Below, piece after piece: positions 8,079 through 18,939 of a DNA stretch of 37,944 nt. Within the stretch, counting starts at the first letter, position 1. The number at the start of each line of letters is the position of its first letter. The stretch is from a phage. The DNA is taken from the sequence record PZ247578.1; one strand, 5' to 3'. The position numbers were made by a program, and so were the translations under genes. The notes under the pieces are model-generated. The model had not been told where the DNA came from and searched no databases. It worked only from the letters and a program-made list of their open reading frames with translations.

Positions 8079-8233
8079 CTGACGTAGAGAAGAAATACAT
8101 CGTTGAGCTTGAGGGGCGCGTTCAGTCCTTCGAGGTTCCGGTGTACGCAAAGTCTCTTGAAGAGGCTACACTGAAGTCCCAAGAGTATGAGGACGCTGGG
8201 TTTGTGGTCGGACGGATTCGTCCTGAGGCCTAA
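8075..8233 (+). CDS. gp2-like inhibitor of host RNA polymerase (52 aa)
   Basis: [14 protein letters not shown]...[10 protein letters not shown] matches recalled T7 Gp2 (SFEVPIYAETLDEA...AGFEVTRVRP); SD AAGGAG; hand-translated. Confidence 0.8.
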   Translation: MTDVEKKYIVELEGRVQSFEVPVYAKSLEEATLKSQEYEDAGFVVGRIRPEA

Positions 8234-8253
8234 ACTATCACTGTAGGACAGAC
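8231..8253 (+). promoter_or_regulatory. Phage RNAP promoter variant (TAAACTATCACTGTAGGACAGA)
   Basis: Core with A-to-G change at -4 (CTGTAGG). Confidence 0.6.
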
Positions 8254-8289
8254 GTCCAGTTCGTAACTTTAAATAGGAGATTTACACCG

Positions 8290-8988
8290 ATGGCTAAAGA
8301 TCAACTGAAGACTTTCACCACTCCGGTAGCTGGTATCGTTGAGCCTTACGCATGGCTGAACAAAGCAGACACCAAGTTTAACGAGCGTGGTGAACACAAA
8401 GTCAACCTGACATTCGACCTGAGCAACCCGAAGGTCCGTAAGATGATTGATGTCTTACAGAAGATTCACGACGATGCGTATGCGAAAGCACTCGCAGACC
8501 ACGAGAAGAACCCACCTCAGGTTCAGCGTGGCAAGAAGCCTATTGAACCACGAGAAGGCGACATGCCGTGGATTGAGAATGGTGACGGTACTGTTACCCT
8601 GAAGTTTAAATGCTTCGCGTCTTACCTGAAGGATGGTAAGTCCGAGCCTATCATATTACGGTTCTACGACACCGATGCTAAGTTAATCCGTGACGTCCCG
8701 AATATTGGTGCTGGCTCCAAACTGAAGGTCAAGTTTAAAGTTCTGCCGTTCAAGTGGAACGCTGCGACTGGTGCAAGCGTTAAGCTCCAGCTTGAGTCCT
8801 GCCTTCTGGTAGAACTGAAGGAGTGGAAAGGTGATGGCGCTGGTGGTGATGGTGGCTGGGGTGACGATGAAGACCTCGGTACTGGCTACAAAGCGTCAAC
8901 CGATGGTGACTTCGGGTCTGACGACTTCAGTGACGATGGTTGTGATGGCGATGACGACTCCAACTCTGGTGGCGATTACGACTTCTAA
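8290..8988 (+). CDS. Single-stranded DNA-binding protein (gp2.5 homolog), 232 aa
   Basis: GKKPIEPREGDMPW, KLKVKFKVLPFKWNAATGASVKLQLES, and an acidic C-terminal tail ending in DF, as in T7 gp2.5. Confidence 0.93.
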   Translation: MAKDQLKTFTTPVAGIVEPYAWLNKADTKFNERGEHKVNLTFDLSNPKVRKMIDVLQKIHDDAYAKALADHEKNPPQVQRGKKPIEPREGDMPWIENGDGTVTLKFKCFASYLKDGKSEPIILRFYDTDAKLIRDVPNIGAGSKLKVKFKVLPFKWNAATGASVKLQLESCLLVELKEWKGDGAGGDGGWGDDEDLGTGYKASTDGDFGSDDFSDDGCDGDDDSNSGGDYDF

Positions 8989-9440
8989 TGGCCCAATGGT
9001 CTGCAAAACGGGGGCACTCTGTGGGTGCCTACCGCTCTGGACTTGAAGCCAAGAACCAGCAGTGGCTGGAACAGAACGGCGTCAAAGCGGAGTACGAAAG
9101 CCATTATATCAACTATGTGATTCCGGCTTCCGACCACAAGTACACACCAGATTTTATCCTTCCTAACGGTATCATCGTGGAGACCAAAGGTATCTTCGAT
9201 AGTGATGACCGTAAGAAGCACCTTCTGGTACGAGAACAGCACCCAGAGTTAGACATTCGGTTCGTGTTCTCAAGTTCCCGCTCCAAGTTATACAAAGGGT
9301 CTCCGACCACGTATGGCGCATGGTGCGAAAAGAACGGCTATAAGTATGCCGATAAGTTCATCCCGGTTGAGTGGCTGCGAGAGGCGACTGTACGTCTGCC
9401 TTCAGGTATACTCATTCCCAAGAAGAAAGGAGTTAAGTGA
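8988..9440 (+). CDS. Endonuclease I, Holliday-junction resolvase (gp3 homolog), 150 aa
   Basis: YTPDFILPNGIIVETKG, DDRKKHLLVREQHPELDIRFVFSSSRSKLYKGSPTTYG closely match recalled T7 endonuclease I. Confidence 0.93.
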   Translation: MAQWSAKRGHSVGAYRSGLEAKNQQWLEQNGVKAEYESHYINYVIPASDHKYTPDFILPNGIIVETKGIFDSDDRKKHLLVREQHPELDIRFVFSSSRSKLYKGSPTTYGAWCEKNGYKYADKFIPVEWLREATVRLPSGILIPKKKGVK

Positions 9441-9910
9441 TGACTCAGAAATATAGACTTAATGTTAGTGACTACGGGTGGCCTAAGGGTACTATCGTTA
9501 CGAAATGTGCGGAAGACCCCTCACCCATCCCCGGAATTACTCTGGTAGAATCCTCAGAGCGTGGCAAATTCAAGCACGGAGCAGCAGGTTTTGACACTCA
9601 GCCTGACGGTATGTGGGGGGCGTGGGTTTCAAATGAAGATCTTGAGGAAATCTTAGAGGATAAACCGCAAGTCCTGCCAGCCTCAAGTGTCCCTCCTGTC
9701 ACCGTTAAACGTGAAGTCCTGACCATCAACAAGATTGGTGTAGGTCAGACGTTCATCGTCCACGGTAAGCCTGACGAAGTGTACGTGAAGATTAGTAACT
9801 CTCACGTCTTCAACCATAAGTTGCTCCAGATGCACACGACTGACGCACATCGCTTCCAGTCACATCTGAATCTAGTGGTCGTAGAATTGGTGGTGTACAA
9901 TGGTAAGTAA
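9440..9910 (+). CDS. Hypothetical protein (about 156 aa) inserted between endonuclease I and lysozyme; no T7 counterpart
   Basis: SD AGAAAGGAG; start overlaps the gp3 stop (TGATG); 3' end overlaps the lysozyme start by 11 nt; no motif I recognise. Confidence 0.65.
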   Translation: MTQKYRLNVSDYGWPKGTIVTKCAEDPSPIPGITLVESSERGKFKHGAAGFDTQPDGMWGAWVSNEDLEEILEDKPQVLPASSVPPVTVKREVLTINKIGVGQTFIVHGKPDEVYVKISNSHVFNHKLLQMHTTDAHRFQSHLNLVVVELVVYNGK

Positions 9911-10358
9911 GGTACAGTTCAACCCACGGTCCAGGACTGACGCTATCTTCGTTCACTGTTCGGCTACCAAGCCAGATATGGACATCGGGGTAGAGACCAT
10001 CCGTATGTGGCACAAGCAGCAAGGCTGGCTGGACGTAGGCTACCACTTTATCATCAAACGTGATGGAACTGTGGAAGAGGGTCGCCCGGTCAATGTCGTA
10101 GGGTCGCACGTTAAGGACTGGAACTCACGGTCTGTAGGCGTCTGCCTTGTAGGTGGAATTGACGCTAAGGGCAAGTTTGAAGCTAACTTCACTCAGTCCC
10201 AGATGAACTCACTGCGCAACAAGCTGGCTGACCTGAAGGCCCTGTATCCTCAGGCAGAAATAAAAGCACACCATGATGTAGCACCTAAGGCGTGTCCAAG
10301 TTTCGACTTGCAGCGCTGGCTATCTACCAATGAACTGGTAACTTCCGACCGAGGCTAA
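9900..10358 (+). CDS. N-acetylmuramoyl-L-alanine amidase / T7-type lysozyme (gp3.5 homolog), 152 aa
   Basis: DAIFVHCSATKP, WLDVGYHFIIKRDGTVEEGR, APKACPSFDL, C-terminal NELVTSDRG: near-collinear with T7 lysozyme. Confidence 0.95.
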   Translation: MVSKVQFNPRSRTDAIFVHCSATKPDMDIGVETIRMWHKQQGWLDVGYHFIIKRDGTVEEGRPVNVVGSHVKDWNSRSVGVCLVGGIDAKGKFEANFTQSQMNSLRNKLADLKALYPQAEIKAHHDVAPKACPSFDLQRWLSTNELVTSDRG

Positions 10359-10377
10359 ACTATCACCTTAGGGATGG
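10355..10377 (+). promoter_or_regulatory. Divergent phage promoter-like sequence (CTAAACTATCACCTTAGGGATG) followed by a short hairpin
   Basis: Core altered to CACCTTAGGG; GGGACA-N8-TGTCCC stem and TTTGTT at 10376..10401. Confidence 0.4.
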
Positions 10378-10423
10378 GACAATAAGTCCTGTCCCTTTGT
10401 TCGCATTCGTGATTAAGGAGTGA

Positions 10424-12127
<1,704 letters not shown>

Positions 12128-12138
12128 GGAGGAGTACA

Positions 12139-12303
12139 TTGCTAAGAAAACTTAAAGCTCGCTACCATCGGTTCATGTACAAATGGTGGAGCGATGAAGC
12201 AACCTGCCTGTCGAACATTCTGGGAGACCAGCGGTTCAACTCTGAGGCATGGAAGAAAGCTAACCGGAAGTTCATGTATCACTTCTTGCGTACAGACTTC
12301 TAG
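12139..12303 (+). CDS. Small basic hypothetical protein (gene 4.3/4.5 position), start uncertain
   Basis: ORF overlaps the gene 4 stop; AAGGAGG precedes TTG 12139; the ORF-track start is GTG 12106 and an ATG lies at 12175. Confidence 0.4.
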   Translation: MLRKLKARYHRFMYKWWSDEATCLSNILGDQRFNSEAWKKANRKFMYHFLRTDF

Positions 12304-12304
12304 G

Positions 12305-12350
12305 TCTAGACTCAAGGTCATTCACATCGAGTGGCCTTTATGATTAGACT
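12305..12350 (+). ncRNA. RNase III-like processing hairpin (R4.7 position)
   Basis: AGACTCAAGGTCATTCACATCGAGTGGCCTTTATGATTAG; same family as 5483 and 34590. Confidence 0.55.
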
Positions 12351-12357
12351 AAACGGA

Positions 12358-14538
12358 GGATTAACCATGTTTGACCTTAAGAGTATCTGGGGTTCTGACA
12401 TCGAGACCAACGGTCTCCTTGATACAGTCTCCCAGTTTCACTGTGGGGTCCTGATTAACGCCGAGTCGAATGAGACCCTTAAGTATGGGGTAGCTCCGAT
12501 GGTCGGTATCGTCGGTGGCTTCAAAGAGTATGTGCATAAAGTGGAAGAGATTGCCGCATCACCTGATGGCATGCTGGTATTCCACAATGGTATCAATTAT
12601 GACGTCCCTGCTATTGACAAGCTGAAACGTCTGTACTTTGGGAAACGCTTTAACTTCCCTAAACACAAGATGATGGATACCTTGGTGCTTGGGCGCTTGA
12701 TGTATCCAAACATTAAGTTCTCAGACATGGGAGCGGTGAAAGCTGGTCGTCTGCCACCTCAGATGATGGGACGGCAGTCTCTTGAGGCTTGGGGCTATCG
12801 TCTCGGTGAGATGAAAGGTGAGTACAAACACGATTACGTTGCCAAGTGCAAGGCTGAAGGTATCGAATATAAGGCTGGGGACGAATGGTTGTTCCCATCT
12901 CAGGAGATGCTAGACTATAACGTTCAAGACGTTGTGGTCACACTGGCGTTGTTCAAGAAGTTCCTGACTGACAAGTATTACTTCCAGTCTGAACAGTTTG
13001 CTTTCGACCAGATTTATGCGTTGCGTCTGGAACATGATGCTGCGTGGACCTGTGCGAAGATGGAACGTAACGGCTATCCGATGAACACCGAGATGGTCGA
13101 AGGCTTATATCGTGAACTCACTGTCAAACGTGCAGAGCTGCTGGACAAGCTGCGTTCGACTTTCGGTAGCTGGTACGCACCAAAGGGAGGCAAGGAGTTC
13201 TTCAAGCACCCACGGACAGGCAAGGACCTTCCGAAGTATCCACGAGTCGTGTATCCTAAGGTCGGGTCAGTATTCAAGAAGCCGAAGAACAAAGCTCAAC
13301 GCTTAGGTCTGGAGCCTTGCGAGTTCGACTCACGAGACACGATGGAGGGAGCACCGTTCACACCTATCACTTACGTTGAGTTTAATCCGGGAAGCGGAGA
13401 CCACTTAGCGAAAGTCTTGATGGAGCGTGGTTGGGAGCCTGTGGACTTCACTGACACTGGGAAACCTGTAGTCGATGACGAGACGTTAGAACACGTTAAG
13501 CTACCAGACGCAGAGGCTCAGGCTTGCGTAGAGCTGGTCCGTGAGTATCTGGTAGTCCAGAAGCGCATCGGTCAGGCGGCTGAAGGTAAGAACGCATGGT
13601 TGAAACTTGTAGGTCCAGACGGACGTATGCACGGTTCAATCAACCCATGCGGTGCAGTAACAGGACGTGCGACTCATAGTTCACCAAACATGGCTCAGGT
13701 CCCTGCTAACGGTGCTCCGTATGGTGAGATTTGCCGTGGTGCTTTCGGTGCAGCTTGGAACAAGACGGATGGTAAGCCAGACCCTTGGATTCAAGTAGGC
13801 GTGGATGCTTCAGGTCTTGAGCTTCGTTGTCTGGGGAACCGAGCGGCTCCGTTTGATGGTGGAGATTATGCGAAGACTGTGGTCGAAGGTGACATACACT
13901 GGGCAAACGCAGTAAACGCTGGTTTAGCACCTAACGTCCCACGCGATAAATCGAACCACGACCATGATGCTTTCCGTAACAACGCTAAGACGTTCATCTA
14001 TGCGTTCCTGTATGGTGCAGGGGCCGCTAAGATTGGACTGATAGTTGGTGGTGGTAAGAAGGAAGGTGCGGCCCTGATGAAGAAATTCATTGAGGGTACA
14101 CCAGCTATCAAGGACCTCAGGGAAGCTGTGAGTAATACGTTAATCTCAGACTCTAAGTGGGTGGACGGAGAGAACATCGTCAAGTGGAAACGCCGTTGGT
14201 TGCGTGGACTTGATGGTCGCCGTATCCACATCCGGTCGCCACACTCAGCACTGAACGCCTTACTTCAAGGCGATGGTGCGGTAGTCTGTAAGCACTGGAT
14301 TGTCGAGACTGAACGTATGCTCGAAGAGGCAGGGTATGTTCACGGCTGGGAAGGTGACTTTGCGTACATGGCGTGGGTGCATGATGAATTGCAGATTGCG
14401 TGTCGTACTCAGGAGATTGCCGAAGAAGTCGTCAAGATTGCTCAACTTGCTATGCGTAAGGTGGGTGAGTTCTATAACTTTAAATGCGTCCTTGATACCG
14501 AAGGTAAGATTGGACCAACGTGGAAGGAGTGTCACTAA
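12358..14538 (+). CDS. DNA polymerase (gp5 homolog, family A with 3'-5' exonuclease), about 726 aa
   Basis: Exo motif SDIETNGL, KFHCGV, VFHNGINYDVPA; start taken at ATG 12358 (SD GGAGG) because ATG 12331 lies inside the conserved hairpin. Confidence 0.93.
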   Translation, partial: GLTMFDLKSIWGSDIETNGLLDTVSQFHCGVLINAESNETLKYGVAPMVGIVGGFKEYVHKVEEIAASPDGMLVFHNGINYDVPAIDKLKRLYFGKRFNFPKHKMMDTLVLGRLMYPNIKFSDMGAVKAGRLPPQMMGRQSLEAWGYRLGEMKGEYKHDYVAKCKAEGIEYKAGDEWLFPSQEMLDYNVQDVVVTLALFKKFLTDKYYFQSEQFAFDQIYALRLEHDAAWTCAKMERNGYPMNTEMVEGLYRELTVKRAELLDKLRSTFGSWYAPKGGKEFFKHPRTGKDLPKYPRVVYPKVGSVFKKPKNKAQRLGLEPCEFDSRDTMEGAPFTPITYVEFNPGSGDHLAKVLMERGWEPVDFTDTGKPVVDDETLEHVKLPDAEAQACVELVREYLVVQKRIGQAAEGKNAWLKLVGPDGRMHGSINPCGAVTGRATHSSPNMAQVPANGAPYGEICRGAFGAAWNKTDGKPDPWIQVGVDASGLELRCLGNRAAPFDGGDYAKTVVEGDIHWANAVNAGLAPNVPRDKSNHDHDAFRNNAKTFIYAFLYGAGAAKIGLIVGGGKKEGAALMKKFIEGTPAIKDLREAVSNTLISDSKWVDGENIVKWKRRWLRGLDGRRIHIRSPHSALNALLQGDGAVVCKHWIVETERMLEEAGYVHGWEGDFAYMAWVHDELQIACRTQEIAEEVVKIAQLAMRKVGEFYNFKCVLDTEGKIGPTWKECH

Positions 14539-14822
14539 TGGCTATTACTAAACGTATTCGTGTGAGTTTTGACCTGAAGATGGTTGTTAGCTCAAAGGAA
14601 GAAGAGACTATGTGTCGCCAACTGTCTGAGATGACTAAAGCCTACGCTGATGGAGAGAAGCTGGATGGACTTCAGTTGGCTATGGTCAAAGCAGCAATCG
14701 AGTCAGGACCTGAGTCTGCCCTCGAGATTGTCGTCAAGAAGGTCATCAAGGAGGAGCTGGTGGACGCCTTTAGTGATGACCAGTTCGGTGTGTCCAACCT
14801 GCGATTCGAGGTCAAGCAATGA
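14538..14822 (+). CDS. gp5.5-like protein (94 aa)
   Basis: N-terminus MAITKRIRVSFDL resembles recalled T7 gp5.5 (MAMTKKFKVSFDV); start overlaps the polymerase stop (TAATG). Confidence 0.6.
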   Translation: MAITKRIRVSFDLKMVVSSKEEETMCRQLSEMTKAYADGEKLDGLQLAMVKAAIESGPESALEIVVKKVIKEELVDAFSDDQFGVSNLRFEVKQ

Positions 14823-15028
14823 GTGAATACTTACGGGTCCTAGCGGCCCTTAAGTCCTGCCCTAAGACCTTCCAGTCTAACTATGTGCGCAATAACGCTG
14901 CACTTGTGGCTGAGGCTGCGAGTCGTGGACATCTAAGCTGCCTGTCTATGGATGGGCGTAACAACGGTGCGTGGGAAATTACCGCTGCTGGCACCAAGTT
15001 CCTGAACCAACACGGAGGCTGTCTATGA
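14819..15028 (+). CDS. gp5.7 homolog (69 aa)
   Basis: LKSCPKTFQSNYVRNNAALVAEAASRGH..GAWEITAAGTKFL nearly identical to recalled T7 gp5.7. Confidence 0.85.
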   Translation: MSEYLRVLAALKSCPKTFQSNYVRNNAALVAEAASRGHLSCLSMDGRNNGAWEITAAGTKFLNQHGGCL

Positions 15029-15891
15029 GCGAAAAGAAAATAGCTCTTGTGTTAGATGGTGACTACTTAGTGTTTTCATCTATGGCTGCTGCTGAGGACG
15101 AGACAGATTGGGGTGATGATATTTATACCCTTATCTGCGACCATGCCAAGGCTCGTCGTATCCTTGAGAACACCATCGCTGAAATCGTTAAGAAGCGCAA
15201 GGCGTGGAAAGACGCTAAGATTGTGATGTGCTTTACTGACGATAACAACTGGCGTAAGAACGTTCTGCCTACCTATAAGGCCAACCGTAAAGGTTCTCGC
15301 AAGCCTGTTGGTTACAAGAAATTCGTATCCGAAGTGATGGCTGACCCACGGTTCAACAGCTTCCTGCGTCCTACTCTTGAGGGTGATGACTGTATGGGTA
15401 TCATCGGGACCAGACCTCAGATTGTTGGATGTGATCATGCGGTTCTGGTGTCCTGTGATAAGGACTTCAAGACCATCCCGAACTGTGAGTTCTTCTGGTT
15501 AACCACTGGTGAAATCCTGAGTCATACGACTGCTGAGGCAGACTACTGGCACATGGAGCAAACCATCAAGGGTGACACTACAGATGGCTACGGTGGCATT
15601 CCGGGGATGGGCGAGGATACCACTCGTGCGTTCCTTGACGAGCCGTACTACTTCGTGCAGGAGAGCCGTGAGCTTAAGACTGGTAAGAACAAAGGCCAGA
15701 TTAAGACTGAGTGGAAGAAGTACCCTAAGCGTGAAGACATGACGCTGTGGGACTGCATGGTGACTCTGGCTGCTAAAGCTGGGATGACCGAGGAGGAACT
15801 TCTGGTCCAAGCTCAGGTCGCTCGTATTTGTCGAGCATCTGACTATGACCCTAAGTACAAGGAGGTCATCCTGTGGACACCATCCATGTAA
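15025..15891 (+). CDS. 5'-3' exonuclease (gp6 homolog), 288 aa
   Basis: VLDGDYLVF N-terminal motif and FEN/PIN-like acidic residues; start overlaps the gp5.7 stop. Confidence 0.88.
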   Translation: MSEKKIALVLDGDYLVFSSMAAAEDETDWGDDIYTLICDHAKARRILENTIAEIVKKRKAWKDAKIVMCFTDDNNWRKNVLPTYKANRKGSRKPVGYKKFVSEVMADPRFNSFLRPTLEGDDCMGIIGTRPQIVGCDHAVLVSCDKDFKTIPNCEFFWLTTGEILSHTTAEADYWHMEQTIKGDTTDGYGGIPGMGEDTTRAFLDEPYYFVQESRELKTGKNKGQIKTEWKKYPKREDMTLWDCMVTLAAKAGMTEEELLVQAQVARICRASDYDPKYKEVILWTPSM

Positions 15892-15965
15892 TTTACTGGG
15901 TCGGACTTCTGGCCCTTTACTGCATGTACAAGTGGTTCGGGTCGAACAACCGTCCTAAACACTGA
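15873..15965 (+). CDS. Small hydrophobic ORF (30 aa) with a GTG start, gene 6.3 position
   Basis: AAGGAGG then a 7-nt spacer before GTG; overlaps the gp6 3' end; hand-translated. Confidence 0.3.
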   Translation: MDTIHVIYWVGLLALYCMYKWFGSNNRPKH

Positions 15966-16019
15966 GTCTAACCGATAGTCATATCCTATTAATCCAACAG
16001 TAATCCATAGGTGAAACAC

Positions 16020-16042
16020 TAAACTATCACTATAGGGACTTT
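16020..16042 (+). promoter_or_regulatory. Phage RNAP promoter (TAAACTATCACTATAGGGACTT), phi6.5-like
   Basis: Full consensus core. Confidence 0.85.
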
Positions 16043-16101
16043 AGGACCTAAGATATGACTATAAGATAGACTTTAGTCTTAACTTAAAGAGGAGATTCAA
16101 G

Positions 16102-16374
16102 ATGGCTATTAATGCTATTGAAAACGTTGTTAAGCAGTTACAGGAAGAAAGACTCGATGTCCCGAACATCTCCCAGTCTGCCATCCAGTTCCTGCACGTA
16201 TTGTTCAACGCAAGCTATGCTGAGAAGATGGGAGCTATTAGTCTCCTCAAGCAGCAGGGCTACAGCGATGCGTTCATTGCCGGATTCATCAAGGGTCTCC
16301 AGTATTGTTCTGACACTCTCGACTCTGCGATTGCTATGCGTCGTGAGCTGAAAGATACCGTTCAGTTCGATTAA
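16102..16374 (+). CDS. Hypothetical protein (90 aa), gene 6.5 position
   Basis: SD AAGAGGAG; ORF follows a promoter. Confidence 0.7.
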   Translation: MAINAIENVVKQLQEERLDVPNISQSAIQFLHVLFNASYAEKMGAISLLKQQGYSDAFIAGFIKGLQYCSDTLDSAIAMRRELKDTVQFD

Positions 16375-16388
16375 CTGTAGGAGGGACT

Positions 16389-16613
16389 ATGTGTTTCAGT
16401 CCAAAGATTAGCACTCCGAAGCCTTCGGTCCAAGCACCTGAACCAGCACCCCTGAGTGAGGAAGTTGCGTCAGTTGACATCGGGGCTGAATCGGATGTGG
16501 ACACCAACGAGACCAAAGGTATCAAAGACCTGAAGGTCAAGAAGGAGTCTGCAACTAAAGATAAATCGTCAGTTAGCCGCGCCATGCGATCCTCTGGCGT
16601 CAACATGGGGTAA
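16389..16613 (+). CDS. gp6.7-like virion protein (74 aa)
   Basis: N-terminus MCFSPKISTPK matches recalled T7 gp6.7 (MCFSPKIKTPK); SD GTAGGAGGG. Confidence 0.8.
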   Translation: MCFSPKISTPKPSVQAPEPAPLSEEVASVDIGAESDVDTNETKGIKDLKVKKESATKDKSSVSRAMRSSGVNMG

Positions 16614-16617
16614 GACA

Positions 16618-17022
16618 ATGCTACCATATCTCAACTCACGCGAAGGTCGCCACATGTGCGCTTGTCGCCTCTGGGAAGACGGGCAGTCTAACTTCAAGTC
16701 ATTCGAGGACTTCAAGGCTCATACTTACCGTATGGCTGACGAGTTCGATGGTGAAGAGTACACGATCTACGATGCATCAGGCCAACCAGTAGCGTATCTC
16801 TACATGCTGGCTACCACGTCTTGGCACCGACCGACTCCAGGTCTTGACCTTTCAATAGTCGCTATTCGTCGTGACTCGCAGTCCTCCCGCAAGGTTCTTG
16901 AGACTGTCAGACACATCATAGACGAAGAGTGCAAGCGTTGGGGTCTTGGCTGGTATTCTCGTGTCAAGCATGTTTCCGGGTCGGTAGACATCGTAACAAC
17001 TAAGGAGATTAATCGTGGGTAA
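16618..17022 (+). CDS. gp7-like protein (134 aa)
   Basis: Position and size match T7 gp7 (133 aa); no motif confirmed. Confidence 0.6.
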   Translation: MLPYLNSREGRHMCACRLWEDGQSNFKSFEDFKAHTYRMADEFDGEEYTIYDASGQPVAYLYMLATTSWHRPTPGLDLSIVAIRRDSQSSRKVLETVRHIIDEECKRWGLGWYSRVKHVSGSVDIVTTKEINRG

Positions 17023-17263
17023 ATCAATCAGTAAGGCCTTCAAGAAAGTGGTGAAAAGTACGTTAGGGACCGTTGGTCTTGGCTCTGATGACGCGCCTAA
17101 GGTTGTTGAGGCTAAGACCCCAGCAGCACCAGTGGAAGTACCGAACGACAAAGTGGATGGTGTGGATACTGAAGCAACCGCATCTGATGAGAAGAAAGTG
17201 AAGCGTTCCGGTAAGCGTAGCCTTCAGGTCTCTCGCACCTCTGGTGGCGGTATTTCTATTTAA
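17015..17263 (+). CDS. gp7.3-like tail/ejection protein (82 aa), GTG start
   Basis: MGK..KK N-terminus and C-terminal SGKRSLQVSRTSGGGISI, as recalled for T7 gp7.3 (..SGGGINI); SD TAAGGAG 7 nt upstream of GTG. Confidence 0.8.
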   Translation: MGKSISKAFKKVVKSTLGTVGLGSDDAPKVVEAKTPAAPVEVPNDKVDGVDTEATASDEKKVKRSGKRSLQVSRTSGGGISI

Positions 17264-17274
17264 GGAGGTGACGA

Positions 17275-18843
17275 ATGGCTGAACGTGAAGGGTTCGCTGC
17301 TGAAGGAGCCAAAGCGGTCTATGACCGACTGAAGAACGGTAGACAGCCATATGAGACACGCGCTCAGAACTGTGCTGCTGTCACTATCCCGTCACTGTTT
17401 CCTAAGGAGTCCGACAACTCGTCTACTGAGTACACAACTCCGTGGCAAGCTGTAGGTGCTCGCTGCTTGAACAACTTAGCTGCAAAGCTGATGTTGGCAT
17501 TATTCCCTCAGTCACCGTGGATGCGACTGACAGTCTCCGAATATGAGGCCAAGACCTTGAGTCAGGACTCAGAGGCAGCTGCTCGTGTTGACGAAGGGCT
17601 GGCTATGGTCGAGCGTGTGTTGATGGCCTACATGGAGACCAACAGTTTCCGTGTACCATTGTTCGAAGCTCTGAAGCAGCTTATCGTCTCCGGTAACTGT
17701 CTGCTATACATTCCAGAGCCTGAACAGGGTACTTACAGTCCTATGCGAATGTACCGCTTAGTGTCCTACGTTGTTCAACGTGATGCTTTCGGTAATATCT
17801 TGCAGATTGTGACTCTCGACAAGGTAGCGTTTAGTGCTCTACCGGAAGACGTTAAGTCACAACTCAACGCAGACGACTATGAGCCTGACACAGAGCTGGA
17901 AGTATATACGCACATCTACCGTCAAGACGACGAGTATCTACGTTATGAGGAAGTGGAAGGCATTGAGGTAGCAGGGACCGATGGTTCCTACCCACTGACT
18001 GCATGTCCATACATCCCGGTACGAATGGTTCGACTGGATGGTGAAGACTATGGTCGTTCTTACTGCGAGGAGTATCTGGGTGACCTGAACTCGCTGGAGA
18101 CGATTACAGAAGCTATCACCAAAATGGCTAAGGTAGCCTCCAAGGTGGTTGGCCTCGTTAACCCGAACGGTATCACGCAACCTCGTCGTCTGAACAAGGC
18201 GGCTACAGGTGAGTTCGTTGCCGGTCGCGTTGAGGACATCAACTTCCTGCAACTGACTAAGGGTCAGGACTTTACGATTGCCAAGTCGGTGGCTGATGCT
18301 ATCGAGCAACGTTTAGGCTGGGCCTTCCTTCTTAATAGTGCTGTTCAGCGTAATGCCGAGCGAGTCACTGCTGAAGAGATTCGTTATGTTGCTGGCGAAC
18401 TGGAGGCGACCTTAGGTGGCGTGTACTCAGTACAATCCCAAGAGCTTCAGTTACCTATCGTCCGTGTGCTGATGAACCAACTTCAGTCTGCTGGCATGAT
18501 TCCTGACCTTCCGAAAGAAGCGGTAGAGCCTACTGTCTCCACTGGTCTGGAAGCGTTAGGTCGTGGTCAGGACTTGGAGAAGCTAACTCAGGCGGTTAAC
18601 ATGATGACTGGTCTTCAGCCGCTATCTCAGGACCCGGACATCAACTTGCCGACCCTTAAGCTACGACTCCTGAACGCTCTGGGTATCGACACCGCTGGCC
18701 TTCTGCTGACTCAGGACGAGAAGATGCAACGTATTGCTGAACAATCAGCTCAAGGAGCTGTGGTCAACGGTGCGTCTGCTGCTGGTGCTAACATGGGTGC
18801 TGCTGTAGGTCAGGGAGCTGGTGAGGACATGGCTCAAGCCTAA
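17275..18843 (+). CDS. Portal (head-to-tail connector) protein, gp8 homolog, 522 aa
   Basis: Extensive collinear similarity to recalled T7 gp8 (YETRAQNCA, PWQAVGAR, YRLVSYVVQRDAFGN, RVTAEEIRYVA). Confidence 0.95.
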   Translation: MAEREGFAAEGAKAVYDRLKNGRQPYETRAQNCAAVTIPSLFPKESDNSSTEYTTPWQAVGARCLNNLAAKLMLALFPQSPWMRLTVSEYEAKTLSQDSEAAARVDEGLAMVERVLMAYMETNSFRVPLFEALKQLIVSGNCLLYIPEPEQGTYSPMRMYRLVSYVVQRDAFGNILQIVTLDKVAFSALPEDVKSQLNADDYEPDTELEVYTHIYRQDDEYLRYEEVEGIEVAGTDGSYPLTACPYIPVRMVRLDGEDYGRSYCEEYLGDLNSLETITEAITKMAKVASKVVGLVNPNGITQPRRLNKAATGEFVAGRVEDINFLQLTKGQDFTIAKSVADAIEQRLGWAFLLNSAVQRNAERVTAEEIRYVAGELEATLGGVYSVQSQELQLPIVRVLMNQLQSAGMIPDLPKEAVEPTVSTGLEALGRGQDLEKLTQAVNMMTGLQPLSQDPDINLPTLKLRLLNALGIDTAGLLLTQDEKMQRIAEQSAQGAVVNGASAAGANMGAAVGQGAGEDMAQA

Positions 18844-18862
18844 ACTATCACTATAGGAACTT
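18841..18862 (+). promoter_or_regulatory. Phage RNAP promoter (TAAACTATCACTATAGGAACTT), phi9-like
   Basis: Consensus core. Confidence 0.85.
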
Positions 18863-18939
18863 AGACAAGATTCACAAAGCATTAGGCCGGGTGAGACTCC
18901 CGGTCTGTTCCTATCACCAACTTAAAGGAGAATGACTCA

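Noticed and set aside
8831-9046. Alternative-frame + strand ORF overlapping the acidic tail of the SSB gene
   Set aside because: Val/Thr/Met-rich low-complexity translation of the repetitive GAT/GGT codons in another frame; no start signals.
12331-12357. ORF-track start of the DNA polymerase at ATG 12331
   Set aside because: That ATG is part of the conserved hairpin (GTGGCCTTTATGATTAG) found at three sites; the ATG at 12358 has a proper SD and matches the T7 polymerase N-terminus.
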